A DNA stretch of 64,000 nt from Polyangiaceae bacterium. GTDB lineage: Bacteria > Myxococcota_A > Polyangia > Polyangiales > Polyangiaceae. Positions 30,961 through 40,028 of this stretch are shown piece by piece. The notes below the pieces were generated by a model. It was not told the DNA's origin, searched no databases, and saw nothing but the letters and a program-made list of their open reading frames with translations. The stretch is from NCBI GenBank assembly GCA_044376115.1, contig JBILLK010000021.1:32001-96000 (forward strand), given 5' to 3'. Within the stretch, counting starts at the first letter, position 1. Each line of letters begins with the position of its first letter. Made by a program: the position numbers and the translations under genes.

Positions 30961-32364
30961 ATGCTTGCCTCAAGGCTGAGCGCAGAACCTCGGCCAGGAA
31001 CGGTGATTGGCGGAAGGTATCGAGTGGAGCGGTCGCTCGGCGCCGGCGGTATGGGCGCGGTGTTTGCGGCGATGCACCTCGAGCTGCGCCAAGAGGTAGC
31101 GATCAAGGTGCTGCTGCCGAGCAGCGCAAAGTCGGAGGAGGCCAACACCCGCTTTCTGCGTGAAGGACGAGCGGCCGCGCGGTTGACCTCACCGTTCGCA
31201 GCGAAGGTGTTCGACACAGGGAGGCTGCCCTCGGGTGAGCCCTACCTGGTGATGGAGCTCTTGAGCGGACGTGACCTACGCGCGCATATGAGCGAGGTGC
31301 AACGGGTACCGCTCGAGCAAGCGGTGGAGTGGGTGCTGCAAGCCGGCCATGCGCTGGGGGAAGCGCACAAGCTAAACATCATTCATCGCGACGTGAAGCC
31401 GGCCAACCTGTTCCTGGCCGAGACCAGCGCAGGCACCATCATCAAGGTGCTCGACTTCGGCGTCTCGAAGCAGCTCGATGAGAAGGAAGCCGATCTCACC
31501 AATACGGCCTCGGTCTTGGGTACGCCGCGCTACATGGCCCCGGAGCAGATGCGCTCGGCGCGGCTGGCCGATCAACGCTGCGACGTGTGGTCGCTCGGCG
31601 TCGTGCTTTACGAACTGACGACCGGCGAATCGCCCTTTCGCGGGGACTCGGTGACCGCGCTTTGCTTCGACGTGATGGAGCGCACGCCGGCGCCGCCGAG
31701 CCGCCACAACGCCGAGCTCTCCCCGGCGTTCGACGCGCTGATCGCGCGCTGCCTGGCGAAGGACCCTGACGAGCGGTTCGCGACGATGGAGGCGCTGACG
31801 GAAGCGCTCCAGCCGTTTGCACCTTCAAGTCGGCTGTCGCGGCCCTTTGGCTCGGCGGAGCTGACGTCCTCCGCGAGCGAGCGCTCCGTCTTTCAGCCGT
31901 CGTCGACGCCGGCGGCGACGGTCGGGCTACGCACTCCGGTCGCCGAGTCGAGTCCGCGCAGGGGCTCGGCTACGTGGGTGATCGCGGTCGGGCTCGGCGT
32001 TGGCGTGGCTGCAGCGGGAGCGCTCGCGCTCACGTTGGGGAAACCGGAGGTGCGCTCGGCGACCGCGCTCGAGCCGGCACCAAACGCGGGCGCGCCCCAT
32101 GACGTCGTTGGTTTGGCCTCTGCGCCGAGCGAGCCAAGCGCGATCGCCCAAAGCCCCGAGCCGCGCATCGAGGTGGTTCCGAGCACTGCCGTTGCTCCGA
32201 GCGCGGCCCTCGCACCGAGCGTGGTGTTGGCTGTGGATACGCCGCTTCCTTCCGCGCAGCCCTCCACCAGGGCCACGCCTCAACGGCCTGCCGGGGCGAG
32301 CTGCGACCCGCCGACGTGGAGGGATAAGAACAACCGACTGGTGCCAAAGCCGTATTGTCTTTGA
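30961..32364 (+). CDS. membrane Ser/Thr protein kinase
   Basis: GAGGMGAV, AIK, HRDVKPAN, DFG, YMAPEQ, TM segment and Pro/Ala-rich tail. Confidence 0.93.
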   Translation: MLASRLSAEPRPGTVIGGRYRVERSLGAGGMGAVFAAMHLELRQEVAIKVLLPSSAKSEEANTRFLREGRAAARLTSPFAAKVFDTGRLPSGEPYLVMELLSGRDLRAHMSEVQRVPLEQAVEWVLQAGHALGEAHKLNIIHRDVKPANLFLAETSAGTIIKVLDFGVSKQLDEKEADLTNTASVLGTPRYMAPEQMRSARLADQRCDVWSLGVVLYELTTGESPFRGDSVTALCFDVMERTPAPPSRHNAELSPAFDALIARCLAKDPDERFATMEALTEALQPFAPSSRLSRPFGSAELTSSASERSVFQPSSTPAATVGLRTPVAESSPRRGSATWVIAVGLGVGVAAAGALALTLGKPEVRSATALEPAPNAGAPHDVVGLASAPSEPSAIAQSPEPRIEVVPSTAVAPSAALAPSVVLAVDTPLPSAQPSTRATPQRPAGASCDPPTWRDKNNRLVPKPYCL

Positions 32365-32420
32365 CTTGAGTTGTGGTGCGCGCAATCGGCTTTGGCCCAT
32401 GCGATGCTAGCGAGGCGCCT

Positions 32421-33476
32421 GTGCTTCCCTCGAACCCAGCCCCGCTGACTCGCGTCCTGGCCGCTCCCCTGTGGGCTCTGCTCAGCGCAGCCTGCGCACT
32501 GCCATTTCCCGAATACGACCTGGCCACGGGCGGCGCATCGACCAGCGGCGGCGCGCCGACCACTGGCGGCTCGGAAACCACGGGTGGCTCCTCGAGCACG
32601 GGCCTGCTCGAACCCAACGGCGCTCCCTGCGAAACCGGCGCTCGCTGCGAGAGCGGCAACTGCCTACCGGATGTCAGCGGCGAGCTCATTTGCTGCGCCG
32701 TCGACTGCGCGATCGAAGAACCTGAAAGCTGCGGCACCACCGGCCAATGCTTCAACGGTACCGAGTGCGTGCGCTACCCGGACAACTTGGTGTGCAACCC
32801 GATGGAGACCTGCGATGGCTCCACGAGCTTCAGCTTCCGCTGCTTGGACGGAGCGTGCATGCCGGTGGGCGTCCCCTGCCCCAACGGCCTCAAGTGTGCA
32901 CCGGGCGAACAGACCTGCTTGGATGCCTGCGCGAACGCTGCCACCGACTGCGCTGAAGCGGCGCAATGCTTCGAGGGCAAATGCCAAAAAAAACCTGGGG
33001 AAACCTGCAGCTCCAACGAGGAGTGCATCAGCGGGTTCTGCGGGTCGACCGGGGTTGGCCGTTGTTGCACCGCGTTCTGTGACGGCAGCGGCGAGACGTG
33101 CGACTTCGACTGCGACGCAGCAGGCGAATGCGTGCTCGCGCCGAGCACCACGGTGTGTAGCCCAACAGCCGTTTGCAGCGACGGAAACCAGCTTGAAGCA
33201 ACCTTCTGTGACGGCATCGGCGCGTGCGAGGCGCAGCCCGAGACACGCCCCTGCGAGCATAACCTCGCCTGCAACGGCCCCGACGCTTGCTGGAACTCCT
33301 GCGGCTCGTTCGATGCCGCGGGCGATGCACGTTGTGCCGACGGCTACTGGTGTAACAACGTCTTCTTGCCGCCGGGCGTCTTCGAGTGTGCGGAGAAGCT
33401 CAACCCGCTCCAACTTTGTAACCGCAATTCCCAGTGTAAGTCGGGGACCTGCGCGGGCTTCCTGTGCTCGCTCTGA
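32421..33476 (+). CDS. Cys-rich lipoprotein
   Basis: SAAC lipobox; many CxSxxC/CC repeats. Confidence 0.75.
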   Translation: MLPSNPAPLTRVLAAPLWALLSAACALPFPEYDLATGGASTSGGAPTTGGSETTGGSSSTGLLEPNGAPCETGARCESGNCLPDVSGELICCAVDCAIEEPESCGTTGQCFNGTECVRYPDNLVCNPMETCDGSTSFSFRCLDGACMPVGVPCPNGLKCAPGEQTCLDACANAATDCAEAAQCFEGKCQKKPGETCSSNEECISGFCGSTGVGRCCTAFCDGSGETCDFDCDAAGECVLAPSTTVCSPTAVCSDGNQLEATFCDGIGACEAQPETRPCEHNLACNGPDACWNSCGSFDAAGDARCADGYWCNNVFLPPGVFECAEKLNPLQLCNRNSQCKSGTCAGFLCSL

Positions 33477-33485
33477 GCGCGCGGA

Positions 33486-33512
33486 CGGCTTGTGTAAACC
33501 TTACCCAAGTTG
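33486..33512. promoter_or_regulatory. 27-bp palindromic enhancer-like site (copy 1)
   Basis: CGGCTTGTGTAAACCTTACCCAAGTTG; aligns without gaps to 39921 and 47415. Confidence 0.65.
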
Positions 33513-33568
33513 CCCCCGCGCGTTACCCAGCGCGCCGACTTCGCCCGTAGAACAGCTGTGATCGAGGT

Positions 33569-33584
33569 TGGAACGAGGACTGCA
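33569..33584 (+). promoter_or_regulatory. sigma54 -24/-12 promoter of lysB-like operon
   Basis: TGGAACGAGGACTGCA; GTG start 13 nt after the C of GC. Confidence 0.65.
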
Positions 33585-33595
33585 ATAGCGAGGGT

Positions 33596-34885
33596 GTGCC
33601 CAACCTAGCCCAAGCCCAGAATCAGCTCTTTTCGACGGCCTCCGACCTCGTTGAACTAGCGGTCCCGCTGCTTGGAGCAGCGGTCGTCTTGGCCCAAGTG
33701 ACCGGCCAGATCTTGAAGGCGACGAACCCCGACACCGGGCCGCCGGCCACCTACTACATCTCGCTGCCCAACGACCCGAGCGCGCCTGCGCCGCCGCCGG
33801 CGCCGCCGGCCGCCTCCGCGGTAACGCCGGTCGTCGGCATCGGGATGGACGGCGCGGGTGGGCTGATGCTCCAGGGCCCCGATAACGGCGTATTGCTCGG
33901 CTCATCGGCGCAGCCGGTGGCTGTCGTTGGCCTGGCGACGGTGAACGGCGCGCCGGTGCTCACCGGCAACGACACGATCCTGATCGGGCCGGGACAGCTG
34001 CCGCTCGCAGGGCAAGGCTCAGCGAGCGCTGCAGGACCGCTGCAGGATCAGTCGCCGGACAACGTGAGCATGCAAGTGAGCATGCAGATGATGGGGCCGC
34101 CCGGCGTCCACACCATCTACAACGCCTGCGGCACCGGCGGTCGCTGGGACGCCGACTTCACAGCAGAGATCGCCGGAGCTGTGAATGGCCACGGCTACTA
34201 CTGGCAAGGTGTGAGCTACCCCGCAGCGACCTTCCCGATGGGCCCGTCAGTGAAGCAAGGCATCGAAGAGATGGTGCGCCTCATCAGCGCCAAGCCCGGC
34301 ACCTTCGCGATCATGGGCTACAGCCAAGGAGCGATCGTCACGTGCAAACTCTGGCGCGACGAGATCATGAACCCGAACGGCCGACTTCACGATCGCCTCG
34401 GTGACATCTTCGCCCACGTGAGCTTCGGCAACCCGATGCGCTGCCCCGGCATCGCCAATGGCAACGGCTTGGCCGGCCTCCCGCCGCTCAAGAACGAGTT
34501 CGGCTATCTGACCGGCGGCATCGCTGGGCCCGACGATCTCACGCCCTGGCAAACGCCGTGGTGGCACGCGGACTTCGCCAAGAATGGCGACCTCTATGCA
34601 ACCTGCCCCACCGGCCCCGACCCGTGGGCGAACGAGGCACCGCCAGGCGAAATGCAGACGGCGATCTACAAGATGGTTCAGGGCGAGATCACCGGGGACG
34701 AGAGCATCATGCAACAAGTCGGCGAGATCCTCACCGATCCGTTCGGCGAGATGGTGCCGGTCATCCTCGCGCTCGTCGACTCACTGCAGTTCGTCGCCGA
34801 TACGGGCACGCACGCGTACGTCGAGTGCAAAGACGCCGCGATCAACTTCCTGCTCGATCGCGGCGCCCAAACGCCGGTGGGTTGA
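33596..34885 (+). CDS. LysB-like (mycolyl-arabinogalactan esterase / cutinase fold) protein with PAAR/spike-like N-terminus; putative T6SS effector
   Basis: GTG..WQGVSYPAATFPMGPSVKQG..GYSQGAIV..GRLH..GNPMR..GDLYA..H matches the mycobacteriophage LysB motif order; N-terminal QPVAVVG..TVNG.PVLTGNDTILIG; no signal peptide. Confidence 0.8.
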   Translation: MPNLAQAQNQLFSTASDLVELAVPLLGAAVVLAQVTGQILKATNPDTGPPATYYISLPNDPSAPAPPPAPPAASAVTPVVGIGMDGAGGLMLQGPDNGVLLGSSAQPVAVVGLATVNGAPVLTGNDTILIGPGQLPLAGQGSASAAGPLQDQSPDNVSMQVSMQMMGPPGVHTIYNACGTGGRWDADFTAEIAGAVNGHGYYWQGVSYPAATFPMGPSVKQGIEEMVRLISAKPGTFAIMGYSQGAIVTCKLWRDEIMNPNGRLHDRLGDIFAHVSFGNPMRCPGIANGNGLAGLPPLKNEFGYLTGGIAGPDDLTPWQTPWWHADFAKNGDLYATCPTGPDPWANEAPPGEMQTAIYKMVQGEITGDESIMQQVGEILTDPFGEMVPVILALVDSLQFVADTGTHAYVECKDAAINFLLDRGAQTPVG

Positions 34886-34912
34886 CCGCGCAGACCAACG
34901 AGGACCATCGCC

Positions 34913-35344
34913 ATGCTGCACTACTACGTCAACGAGGCCGCCTTCGCCCTGCCTGCACGCCCCTTCGTCGATCGCACGCTCCATCGTCTGGCAGCTCCGC
35001 TCGCTGGCAGCGCGGAGCAGCTCACGCTCGAGATCCGGCGCCTGCCGATGGTGCCGGACAAGAGCCTGCGCCAGCGCGTCGATGAGGAGCTCGCAGCGGC
35101 GCGCACCAAGGAAGACGGCTTCACGGTGGTCGAGACCGTGGAGGCCGTGCTCGACACTGCGCCGGCGCTGTTGCTGCGCACGCGCAGGCGCAAAGACGAC
35201 GCAGTTTGGCTGCGGCTCGAGGCGCACGTCGCCTTCAACGGGATCTGGCTCAGCTTCGTCGTCAGCGGACCGAGCAGCCACCGCGCGCAATGCGAGCAGA
35301 CGTTCGAGCGGCTGATCAATGGACTGCGCTGGCGTAAGGCCTAA
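34913..35344 (+). CDS. DcrB-related / DUF1795 (Eag-type) T6SS adaptor
   Basis: YYVNEAAFALP..FVDRTL N-terminal signature; ~143 aa. Confidence 0.75.
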   Translation: MLHYYVNEAAFALPARPFVDRTLHRLAAPLAGSAEQLTLEIRRLPMVPDKSLRQRVDEELAAARTKEDGFTVVETVEAVLDTAPALLLRTRRRKDDAVWLRLEAHVAFNGIWLSFVVSGPSSHRAQCEQTFERLINGLRWRKA

Positions 35345-35364
35345 GGCACGGAAGAAGGAAGCTC

Positions 35365-35799
35365 ATGGCGCTCTACTTTATGAATGAAGCTGTGCTCGAC
35401 CTGCCCGAGCTCGGGTTCGTCGATTCGACCATCCACGGGCTGGAAGCAAAGCTACCCGAAGAAAAAACGCTGGGCGTGCTCGTGCATCGGCGGCCGGTGG
35501 AGCAAGGAAAGGCGCTGCGCAGGCTGGTGGACGAGAACGTCGAGCTCAACCAAAAGCGCCTGCGCGCGTTCATCGTCGAGAGCGAACGCGAAGCGCTCGT
35601 GGGCGGACTACCGGGCATCCTGTCGTGCGCGCGCTGGCGCAACGAGCAGCGGGAGAACGTGCAGCTGCAGGCCCACGTCGTGGTCGAGCAAACCTGGATG
35701 ATCTTCGCGGTGAGCGCGCCGCTCGAGGAGCGCCGAGCTTGCGAGGAGACCTTCAGCGCGCTGCTCGAGACGTTGGTCTTCAACCAACAGCTCCAGTGA
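35365..35799 (+). CDS. DcrB-related / DUF1795 (Eag-type) T6SS adaptor
   Basis: YFMNEAVLDLP..FVDSTI; paralog of the preceding gene. Confidence 0.75.
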   Translation: MALYFMNEAVLDLPELGFVDSTIHGLEAKLPEEKTLGVLVHRRPVEQGKALRRLVDENVELNQKRLRAFIVESEREALVGGLPGILSCARWRNEQRENVQLQAHVVVEQTWMIFAVSAPLEERRACEETFSALLETLVFNQQLQ

Positions 35800-35933
35800 A
35801 GCTCGCACAATGCGCCTCCATGCGAGAAGCGCCGTAACGCAAGGTCTCGATCACGAGCGCGCAGAACCCGCACACGAACGCAGGACCTTCACCTCGACGA
35901 CGCGAAAACCACAGCAAATCAGCCTGTTTTGCG

Positions 35934-35949
35934 TGGTTCACTCCTTGCT
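35934..35949 (+). promoter_or_regulatory. sigma54 -24/-12 promoter of RCC1 gene
   Basis: TGGTTCACTCCTTGCT; ATG 13 nt after the C of GC; IHF-like AATCAGCCTGTTT just upstream. Confidence 0.55.
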
Positions 35950-35960
35950 GCGTAGAGGGC

Positions 35961-37556
35961 ATGAAGCTCTTTCGCTTTCTCCTCCCATCCTTCGCCCTCT
36001 CGCTCGTCGCCTGTGAGGCCGACGACACGCCCCCGGAGGAGCAACTGCCTGTTTGTGGCAGCCAAAGTAACGAGGGCGTGCGGGTTACTGCGCTCACGCC
36101 CGAGGACGGCGCGACGCGCACGCTGCGCATGCCCTCGATTCAAGTGACGCTCAGCGACGAGGTCGACTGCGCCACCGTTACGCAGAACCAAGCGATCAAG
36201 CTCACGCGTGCTGATGCTAGCGACGCCATCCCGATCTCTGCGATCGCCTGCGCCGGCCTTCCCACGGTGCTCACCTTCTCGCCGCTCGAACCGCTGGCCT
36301 TGGTGACCGAGTACAAACTCGTGCTCGACGGTCTAGACGCCAACGGTAACGCTGTGCCCGCCTGCCAAGCAGCGTTCACTACCAAATCCAAGACGGTGCG
36401 ACTCGCTAAGGGCACCGGCTTTTCGTTGTCGCTCGATGAGGACGGCACAGTCTGGGCCTGGGGCGATCAGCTCGGAACCGCCGCCCCTACTACGGGCGCA
36501 GTACCGTCGATCGTATTGGATGATGGCGAGCGAATCGCAGCGGGCGACGGGCATGCACTTGTCGCCTTGAAGGACGGCTCACTCCATTCCTGGGGCGACA
36601 ATTACCGCGGTCAGTTGGGCGACGGTACGCAGGACAACCACGGGCTGCCTGCACAACGAGTCGAGCTTGGCTTGCCCGCGGGCGTGACCATCGTCGACGT
36701 GGCTGCCTCCGCCAATCACAGCGTGATCGCGCGCAGCGACGGCAAGGTGATGACGTGGGGCGACAATGCGTCGGGGCAACTCGGAGACGGTACGCTCGAC
36801 GAACGCAGCGGGCCCTTCGAGGTCCCCGGCTTGAGCGACATCGTGGCTGTCGCAGCCGCGCAAGGTTCGAGCGGTAGTGGCTCGACCGGCGGTGCAACCT
36901 TTGCCCTCGCAGCCGACGGAACGCTGTTCGGCTGGGGCGCCAACACCAACGGCCAACTCGCCTCCGCGCCGGGCGACCCCTACGCCGACACCCCAAGCCC
37001 AGTCGAGATCCTGGCTGGCCAAAACATCGTTGAGATCCGCGCCTATCACGACAACGTGTTCGCTCGCCTCAGCGATGGCACGCTGCTCGGCTGGGGCACG
37101 CTGCTCTCCGGCGCGACCGGCGCTGGCGTGTGCGACGGCAGCTTCCAATCGATTCCGGGACCGGTTCGCCTGACGACTGGTGGTGATGCGATCGATGAGG
37201 TGGTGAGCATCGCCGCTGGTCGCTACGCCGGGATGCTGGTCCGAGGCGACGGCAGCGTTTGGGGGTGGGGCGCCAACGTGCAAGGCATGCTGGGTGACGG
37301 CACGCTCGGTGAAACCGTTGTCTGCAACCCCAACTTCTCCTTCGACTCCACCAAGCTGAGCCCGGCGCAATGCCTCGAGGTCGGCGGCGCGGTACAGGTC
37401 GTGGCCTCGCTCGAAACGGCGCTCGTGCTCACCGGTAGCGGCGAGGTCTTTGGCGCGGGGGACAACGCCAACAATCAGCTCGGCTTAGCGGCGGACGCCG
37501 TATTGCTCGAGGGCACCGACGATGCAGCCATTTTTCAGCGCGTGCCCGGGCTGTAA
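35961..37556 (+). CDS. lipoprotein with Ig-like (Big_5) domain and RCC1/BLIP-II repeats
   Basis: LVAC lipobox; repeated DG.VW.WG.N..GQLGDG. Confidence 0.88.
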   Translation: MKLFRFLLPSFALSLVACEADDTPPEEQLPVCGSQSNEGVRVTALTPEDGATRTLRMPSIQVTLSDEVDCATVTQNQAIKLTRADASDAIPISAIACAGLPTVLTFSPLEPLALVTEYKLVLDGLDANGNAVPACQAAFTTKSKTVRLAKGTGFSLSLDEDGTVWAWGDQLGTAAPTTGAVPSIVLDDGERIAAGDGHALVALKDGSLHSWGDNYRGQLGDGTQDNHGLPAQRVELGLPAGVTIVDVAASANHSVIARSDGKVMTWGDNASGQLGDGTLDERSGPFEVPGLSDIVAVAAAQGSSGSGSTGGATFALAADGTLFGWGANTNGQLASAPGDPYADTPSPVEILAGQNIVEIRAYHDNVFARLSDGTLLGWGTLLSGATGAGVCDGSFQSIPGPVRLTTGGDAIDEVVSIAAGRYAGMLVRGDGSVWGWGANVQGMLGDGTLGETVVCNPNFSFDSTKLSPAQCLEVGGAVQVVASLETALVLTGSGEVFGAGDNANNQLGLAADAVLLEGTDDAAIFQRVPGL

Positions 37557-37579
37557 AGCAGGACTCGAGAAACGCTTGG

Positions 37580-38263
37580 CTACGGCTCGAACCAGGTCAC
37601 CCAGAGCTCGTTGCAGGCGAACCCATTGCCCTCGTGACAAACGAAATCGACGTGCATCGTGTCGTCGTACTCGTAGGTGTTAAACCCTGCGCGTTGATGG
37701 GTCGGCTTGCCGAACTTGGCGAGGATCTCGTCACGCTTGACCCCCAGCAAAGCAAGCCGCGGGTCGTCGACGCCGAACTGCGAATAGTCGCCGGGGTGGG
37801 CCTCGAGGTTGAAGATCCACCCCGTCGGCCGTTCAATCGTGACCACGAAAAGGAAGTCGTCGCCCGCGTTGGGTGGTCCGTCATCCGGGTCGGTGTCTTC
37901 CACCAGGCCGTAGTAGTAGGTGTCGTGCGACGACGACCCGTTGAGCCGCTTGTAGGGGGCTTCGCCGAACTTCGCGATCACGTCCTTGAGCCGGTCGCCG
38001 CGGCGCAAACCCAAAAACGAGTCGAACTCGGCGAGGCTCTTCACCGGCGGAGGCGCCTTCGCACCGGTCGGGGCCGAGGCTGTGGCGCTAGCCGAGGCAG
38101 CAATTGGCTGCGCGCTCGGCACAGGCGTTGGGCTCGCAGGCGCGCTGGAGTCAGGTGCAGGCAACACGGGCTCGCTCGTGGTCGCTGCGATCTCCGGAGA
38201 GAGTCGCGGGCAGCCAGCGGCGAGCAACACGAAGGACAGGCCAAGCAAGGGTAGAGCGCGCAA
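37580..38263 (-). CDS. hypothetical lipoprotein
   Basis: AAGC lipobox; two I.AKFG.P repeats; TAAGCT -10 lies 6 nt before the TTG. Confidence 0.65.
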   Translation of the reverse strand: MRALPLLGLSFVLLAAGCPRLSPEIAATTSEPVLPAPDSSAPASPTPVPSAQPIAASASATASAPTGAKAPPPVKSLAEFDSFLGLRRGDRLKDVIAKFGEAPYKRLNGSSSHDTYYYGLVEDTDPDDGPPNAGDDFLFVVTIERPTGWIFNLEAHPGDYSQFGVDDPRLALLGVKRDEILAKFGKPTHQRAGFNTYEYDDTMHVDFVCHEGNGFACNELWVTWFEP

Positions 38264-38390
38264 GCGGCGAGCTTAACCGAAAGGGCGGTTTCCCGCAGAG
38301 CGTCGGAACCGGAGTGCTCCGCCGTCGTCGGAATCGTGCGCTGACGTAAGCGCACCGTAAGCGGAAAGCTCGCAACAGCGTTGTAAGAGC

Positions 38391-39029
38391 ATGATTGGAA
38401 GCTCTGTCCCCAAGGTCGCTCGTTCGCTGTTCCTCGTTCTCTTGGTAGCTGGTTGCGCGCCCACCTCGGCTGCCCCAGCGGCTAGCCCTAAGGCCGACCT
38501 CGGTCCAGGGTTTGCGCTGGGCGCCGGGGACGAGATCGTGGCGAATGAAAAGCTGGCCCTCGCGCGGACGTATTGGAGCGTCGTGCGCGCGCAGGACGGC
38601 AGCCACTTCCTCTTGCCTCGGCCAGACGGCGCAGCGCCGCTCGCCCGCGAGTGCGAAGCCGGCACCCCGTTCGCAACGCAGCTCAGCGAGCACGCGCTGT
38701 GCAAAACGGCCGAGAACGAAGCGGCGGTAACGAAGGTCAACACGCTCGATCAAGCGCTCGCGCTCGAGGTGTCGACGGCGCTTCACCGCGAGCTCTTCTT
38801 CAAACGCGAAGGCGAGAGCATCACCCCCTCGCCGCTCGGTCGGGACCTGCTGGAGCTCTGTCGCAAGAACGCCGAGCTGCGCGAGGGCGCGCTGAAAGAG
38901 CGCTGCGCCGACGAAGAGAAGTACGCAGACGGCAGCGCCCGACCGGCGATCTTCCGCGCGTGGAGCGAGGCTGAGCTGGCCGCGGTCCCCAGCGCGCTGA
39001 ACGCGCTTTATGGGGTGAAAGCCCGGTAG
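38391..39029 (+). CDS. hypothetical lipoprotein
   Basis: VAGC lipobox; four further Cys. Confidence 0.6.
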   Translation: MIGSSVPKVARSLFLVLLVAGCAPTSAAPAASPKADLGPGFALGAGDEIVANEKLALARTYWSVVRAQDGSHFLLPRPDGAAPLARECEAGTPFATQLSEHALCKTAENEAAVTKVNTLDQALALEVSTALHRELFFKREGESITPSPLGRDLLELCRKNAELREGALKERCADEEKYADGSARPAIFRAWSEAELAAVPSALNALYGVKAR

Positions 39030-39066
39030 CGCGACGGCCGTGGGCGTGAAGGGACCGCAGACGCTG

Positions 39067-39112
39067 ATAGTCACCAGCTATCAACATGGTCAGCATATTG
39101 TGTTGGCTCTAT
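39067..39112. promoter_or_regulatory. putative OxyR-binding site
   Basis: ATAG-N7-CTAT at 39067-39081 and a second CTAT at 39109, upstream of a peroxiredoxin. Confidence 0.5.
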
Positions 39113-39139
39113 CGGGCGAGTGGCCCCACAGTGAGCGCC

Positions 39140-39865
39140 ATGAAGAACAGTGAGGGTCAGCGAGTTCCCGAAGTTACGTTCAAGACGCGAACCGCCGAAG
39201 GGCAGTGGAAAGACGTCACCACCTCCGAGGTCTTTGCCAAAAAGAAGGTGGTCGTCTTTTCGCTGCCGGGCGCGTTCACGCCGACCTGCTCGAGCTCGCA
39301 TGTACCGCGCTATCAAGAGCTCGTGCCGGAGTTCACGAAGCGTGGAGTCGACGCGGTGGTCTGCGTCTCGGTCAACGACACCTTCGTGATGAACGAATGG
39401 GCCAAGAGCCAACACGCCGATGACATCACCTTCCTCCCCGACGGCAACGGCGAGTTCTCCGACAAGATGGGCATGTTGGTCGACAAGCGGAACCTCGGCT
39501 TTGGTCAGCGTTCTTGGCGTTACTCGATGCTCGTCGACGATGGCGTGGTGACCAAGATGTTCATCGAGCCGGAAAAGGAAGGCGATCCATTCGAGGTCTC
39601 CGACGCCGACACCATGCTCAAGTTCCTCGATCCAAAGGCCGAGCAACCCCACGACGTGCTGCTCTTCACCAAGCCTGGTTGCAGCTTCTGCACCAAGGCC
39701 AAAGAGCTGTTGCACAAGAAAGGCTGGAACTTCGAGGAGGTCGCCGCTACTCCGCGCAACCTGCGCGCGGTGAGCACCAAGGCGTCGACGCCGCAGGTGT
39801 TCGTCGACGGGCACTACATCGGCGGGGCGCAGGAGCTCGAGGGCTTCCTGGCCAAGCTGAGCTGA
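39140..39865 (+). CDS. hybrid peroxiredoxin-glutaredoxin (Prx5-Grx, PGdx type)
   Basis: [39 protein letters not shown] Grx motif, [11 protein letters not shown]. Confidence 0.93.
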   Translation: MKNSEGQRVPEVTFKTRTAEGQWKDVTTSEVFAKKKVVVFSLPGAFTPTCSSSHVPRYQELVPEFTKRGVDAVVCVSVNDTFVMNEWAKSQHADDITFLPDGNGEFSDKMGMLVDKRNLGFGQRSWRYSMLVDDGVVTKMFIEPEKEGDPFEVSDADTMLKFLDPKAEQPHDVLLFTKPGCSFCTKAKELLHKKGWNFEEVAATPRNLRAVSTKASTPQVFVDGHYIGGAQELEGFLAKLS

Positions 39866-39920
39866 GGTGCGGCTTGGGATAGCGCGGACCGGTCCGTGAG
39901 CCACGGTCCGCTCAGGGGAG

Positions 39921-39947
39921 CAAGTTGTGTAAAGACTTCACAACTTG
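39921..39947. promoter_or_regulatory. 27-bp palindromic enhancer-like site (copy 2)
   Basis: CAAGTTGTG-TAAAGACTT-CACAACTTG with perfect 9-bp arms. Confidence 0.7.
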
Positions 39948-40001
39948 TTCCTGCCGCTTGCGGGGTTCAGTTTTCCGCGGCGAAAAAAAGGGGTTTTCGC
40001 C

Positions 40002-40017
40002 TGGAACAGCGATTGCT
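40002..40017 (+). promoter_or_regulatory. sigma54 -24/-12 promoter of CHAP-DUF4185 operon
   Basis: TGGAACAGCGATTGCT; ATG 13 nt after the C of GC; A/T tract upstream. Confidence 0.7.
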
Positions 40018-40028
40018 CCTCGTGAGGC

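Noticed and set aside
33596..35799. Prophage lysis cassette
   Set aside because: There is no holin, LysA, integrase or structural phage gene; the neighbours are T6SS adaptor-like.
35821..35930. Fourth copy of the 27-bp enhancer before the RCC1 gene
   Set aside because: A sigma54-like box is present, but I found no TTGTGTAA-type palindrome upstream.
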